The notes beneath the pieces are model-generated. The model saw only the letters and a list, made by a program, of their open reading frames with translations, did not search any database and had not been told where the DNA came from. This document shows, in pieces, positions 62,987 through 64,000 of a stretch of 64,000 nucleotides of DNA. This DNA comes from Candidatus Thorarchaeota archaeon. Lineage in GTDB: Archaea; Asgardarchaeota; Thorarchaeia; Thorarchaeales; Thorarchaeaceae. Where the stretch lies: NCBI GenBank assembly GCA_020348985.1, contig CP070761.1, positions 2,924,464-2,988,463 of the forward strand, given 5' to 3'. The position numbers were made by a program, and so were the translations under genes. The first letter of the stretch is position 1, and the number at the start of each line of letters is the position of its first letter.

Positions 62987-63811
62987 TCAATGAACTTGCC
63001 AGAAGGTCCAGACTAATACAATCATGCAAAGAACGGAGACAATAAACGCCCAGATTGTCGAAGTGTCATGTGCCTCCCGGATTCCAAATATGAGGAGAAA
63101 TCCAACCCAGAAGAATGATGCTGTCATCAAGAAATCAACAGTCAACCAAATGCTGCTTTCGTATATCGCTTGGGTGGCTGCTTCAAACGCCCCTACAGTT
63201 GCACCGCTTGGATAGACGCCTATGAATTGTGTTTCCATTGAGACTAACACGACTACAATTGCGATTAATCTAAAGATGACCACTGGGAACATGCTATAAC
63301 CAATTATGGATACAGTCTTCTTCCGATTTCCAGTGCCGCCCGTTATCTTGAAGGCCAGATGAGCAAACGCACTGCCAATGACGAGGTAGAAAAAGCCAAG
63401 CATGATACTTGGTATCATGCTCATCAGTGCGGATACGTAGAAGATGCCACCATGCGACGTGTCAAGTATGCTCGATGTGACAAGGGTGGCGTTAACCAAT
63501 TGCTGAACTGTCATCTTCGAGGTGATTGCAATGTAGAATGCTGCTATCACCAATGCATTCAGGATTATGACAATGAACGGCCCAACTGCGTCAGGTCTCT
63601 GTCCAATATCACGATATGTCGGGCCAGGTCTTCTGATTATTCCCCACATTCTCTCTGTTGGCGCCATGACACGCACTTCTGGTGCGTCAGGCCTCTTGAG
63701 CAGCGGAAGGATTCTTTCAAGTGTTTCCTCCGCGATTTCTTCATGACAAACAGGACAGACGGTTGCATCTGCTGGAACTGGCGAATCACAGAACTCACAG
63801 CGTCGCACCAT
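62987..63811 (-). CDS. Zn-ribbon + Yip1-domain membrane protein
   Basis: CEFC...CPVC, then P..TY..I...P, five TMs, GG.G...T.SIIGYS..P, GI...H. Confidence 0.8.
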   Translation of the reverse strand: MVRRCEFCDSPVPADATVCPVCHEEIAEETLERILPLLKRPDAPEVRVMAPTERMWGIIRRPGPTYRDIGQRPDAVGPFIVIILNALVIAAFYIAITSKMTVQQLVNATLVTSSILDTSHGGIFYVSALMSMIPSIMLGFFYLVIGSAFAHLAFKITGGTGNRKKTVSIIGYSMFPVVIFRLIAIVVVLVSMETQFIGVYPSGATVGAFEAATQAIYESSIWLTVDFLMTASFFWVGFLLIFGIREAHDTSTIWAFIVSVLCMIVLVWTFWQVH

Positions 63812-64000
63812 AAACCTATTCCCCGCGGTATTGTCCACCGAAAGAGGAAGACCTCAGCATATAGCGATTTCTGCGACTGGACCCAAAATCCAGAGGTCCC
63901 TTGTTGACACGGGGTCTCCCCCCTCCTTCCCAGTGAACGTAGTTCTACCTTCTCACCACAGGCCAAAGTCCTTGAAAACTGGCGTTCTATGTACCACAAA

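Noticed and set aside
63839-64000. Possible structured RNA or ORF at the window end
   Set aside because: No tRNA, RNase P or SRP signature recognised; truncated by the window edge
1-64000. CRISPR arrays, IS transposases, prophage genes, and the many short antisense or shadow ORFs
   Set aside because: No regularly spaced repeats or mobile-element motifs seen; the short ORFs lie within well-supported genes and lack motifs

Overview
Gene-dense archaeal chromosomal segment (roughly 50% GC by eye). It is almost certainly from an Asgard archaeon, and Thorarchaeia is a plausible inference. Housekeeping genes include tpiA, aspS, argS, tfb, polB, a nurA-herA-mre11-rad50 operon, arcS-raSEA, tldD/tldE, DGGGP synthase, endonuclease IV and two near-identical tRNA-Arg genes. 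I found no transposase, integrase, prophage or CRISPR array. The most interesting feature is a compact five-gene ESCRT locus (44989-50076) with no adjacent ubiquitin-system genes and apparently reshuffled domains. It encodes a Vps28-N-like domain fused to Vps22/36 (EAP30), Vps25, Vps4, one Vps2/24/46-class ESCRT-III, and a B-box/coiled-coil/GLUE-like PH/steadiness-box protein that looks like a UEV-less ESCRT-I subunit. Other candidates: a cytoplasmic IFT52-like GIFT protein with a steadiness-box-like tail, a mu-homology-like Ig protein, a circularly permuted OppA, a methanogenesis-marker-9-like domain, a 14-bp inverted repeat bounding a ~390-bp non-coding segment, and a 21-bp-phased direct repeat upstream of the DSB-repair operon. 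All family assignments come from motif recognition by eye against recalled reference sequences; no searches were run.
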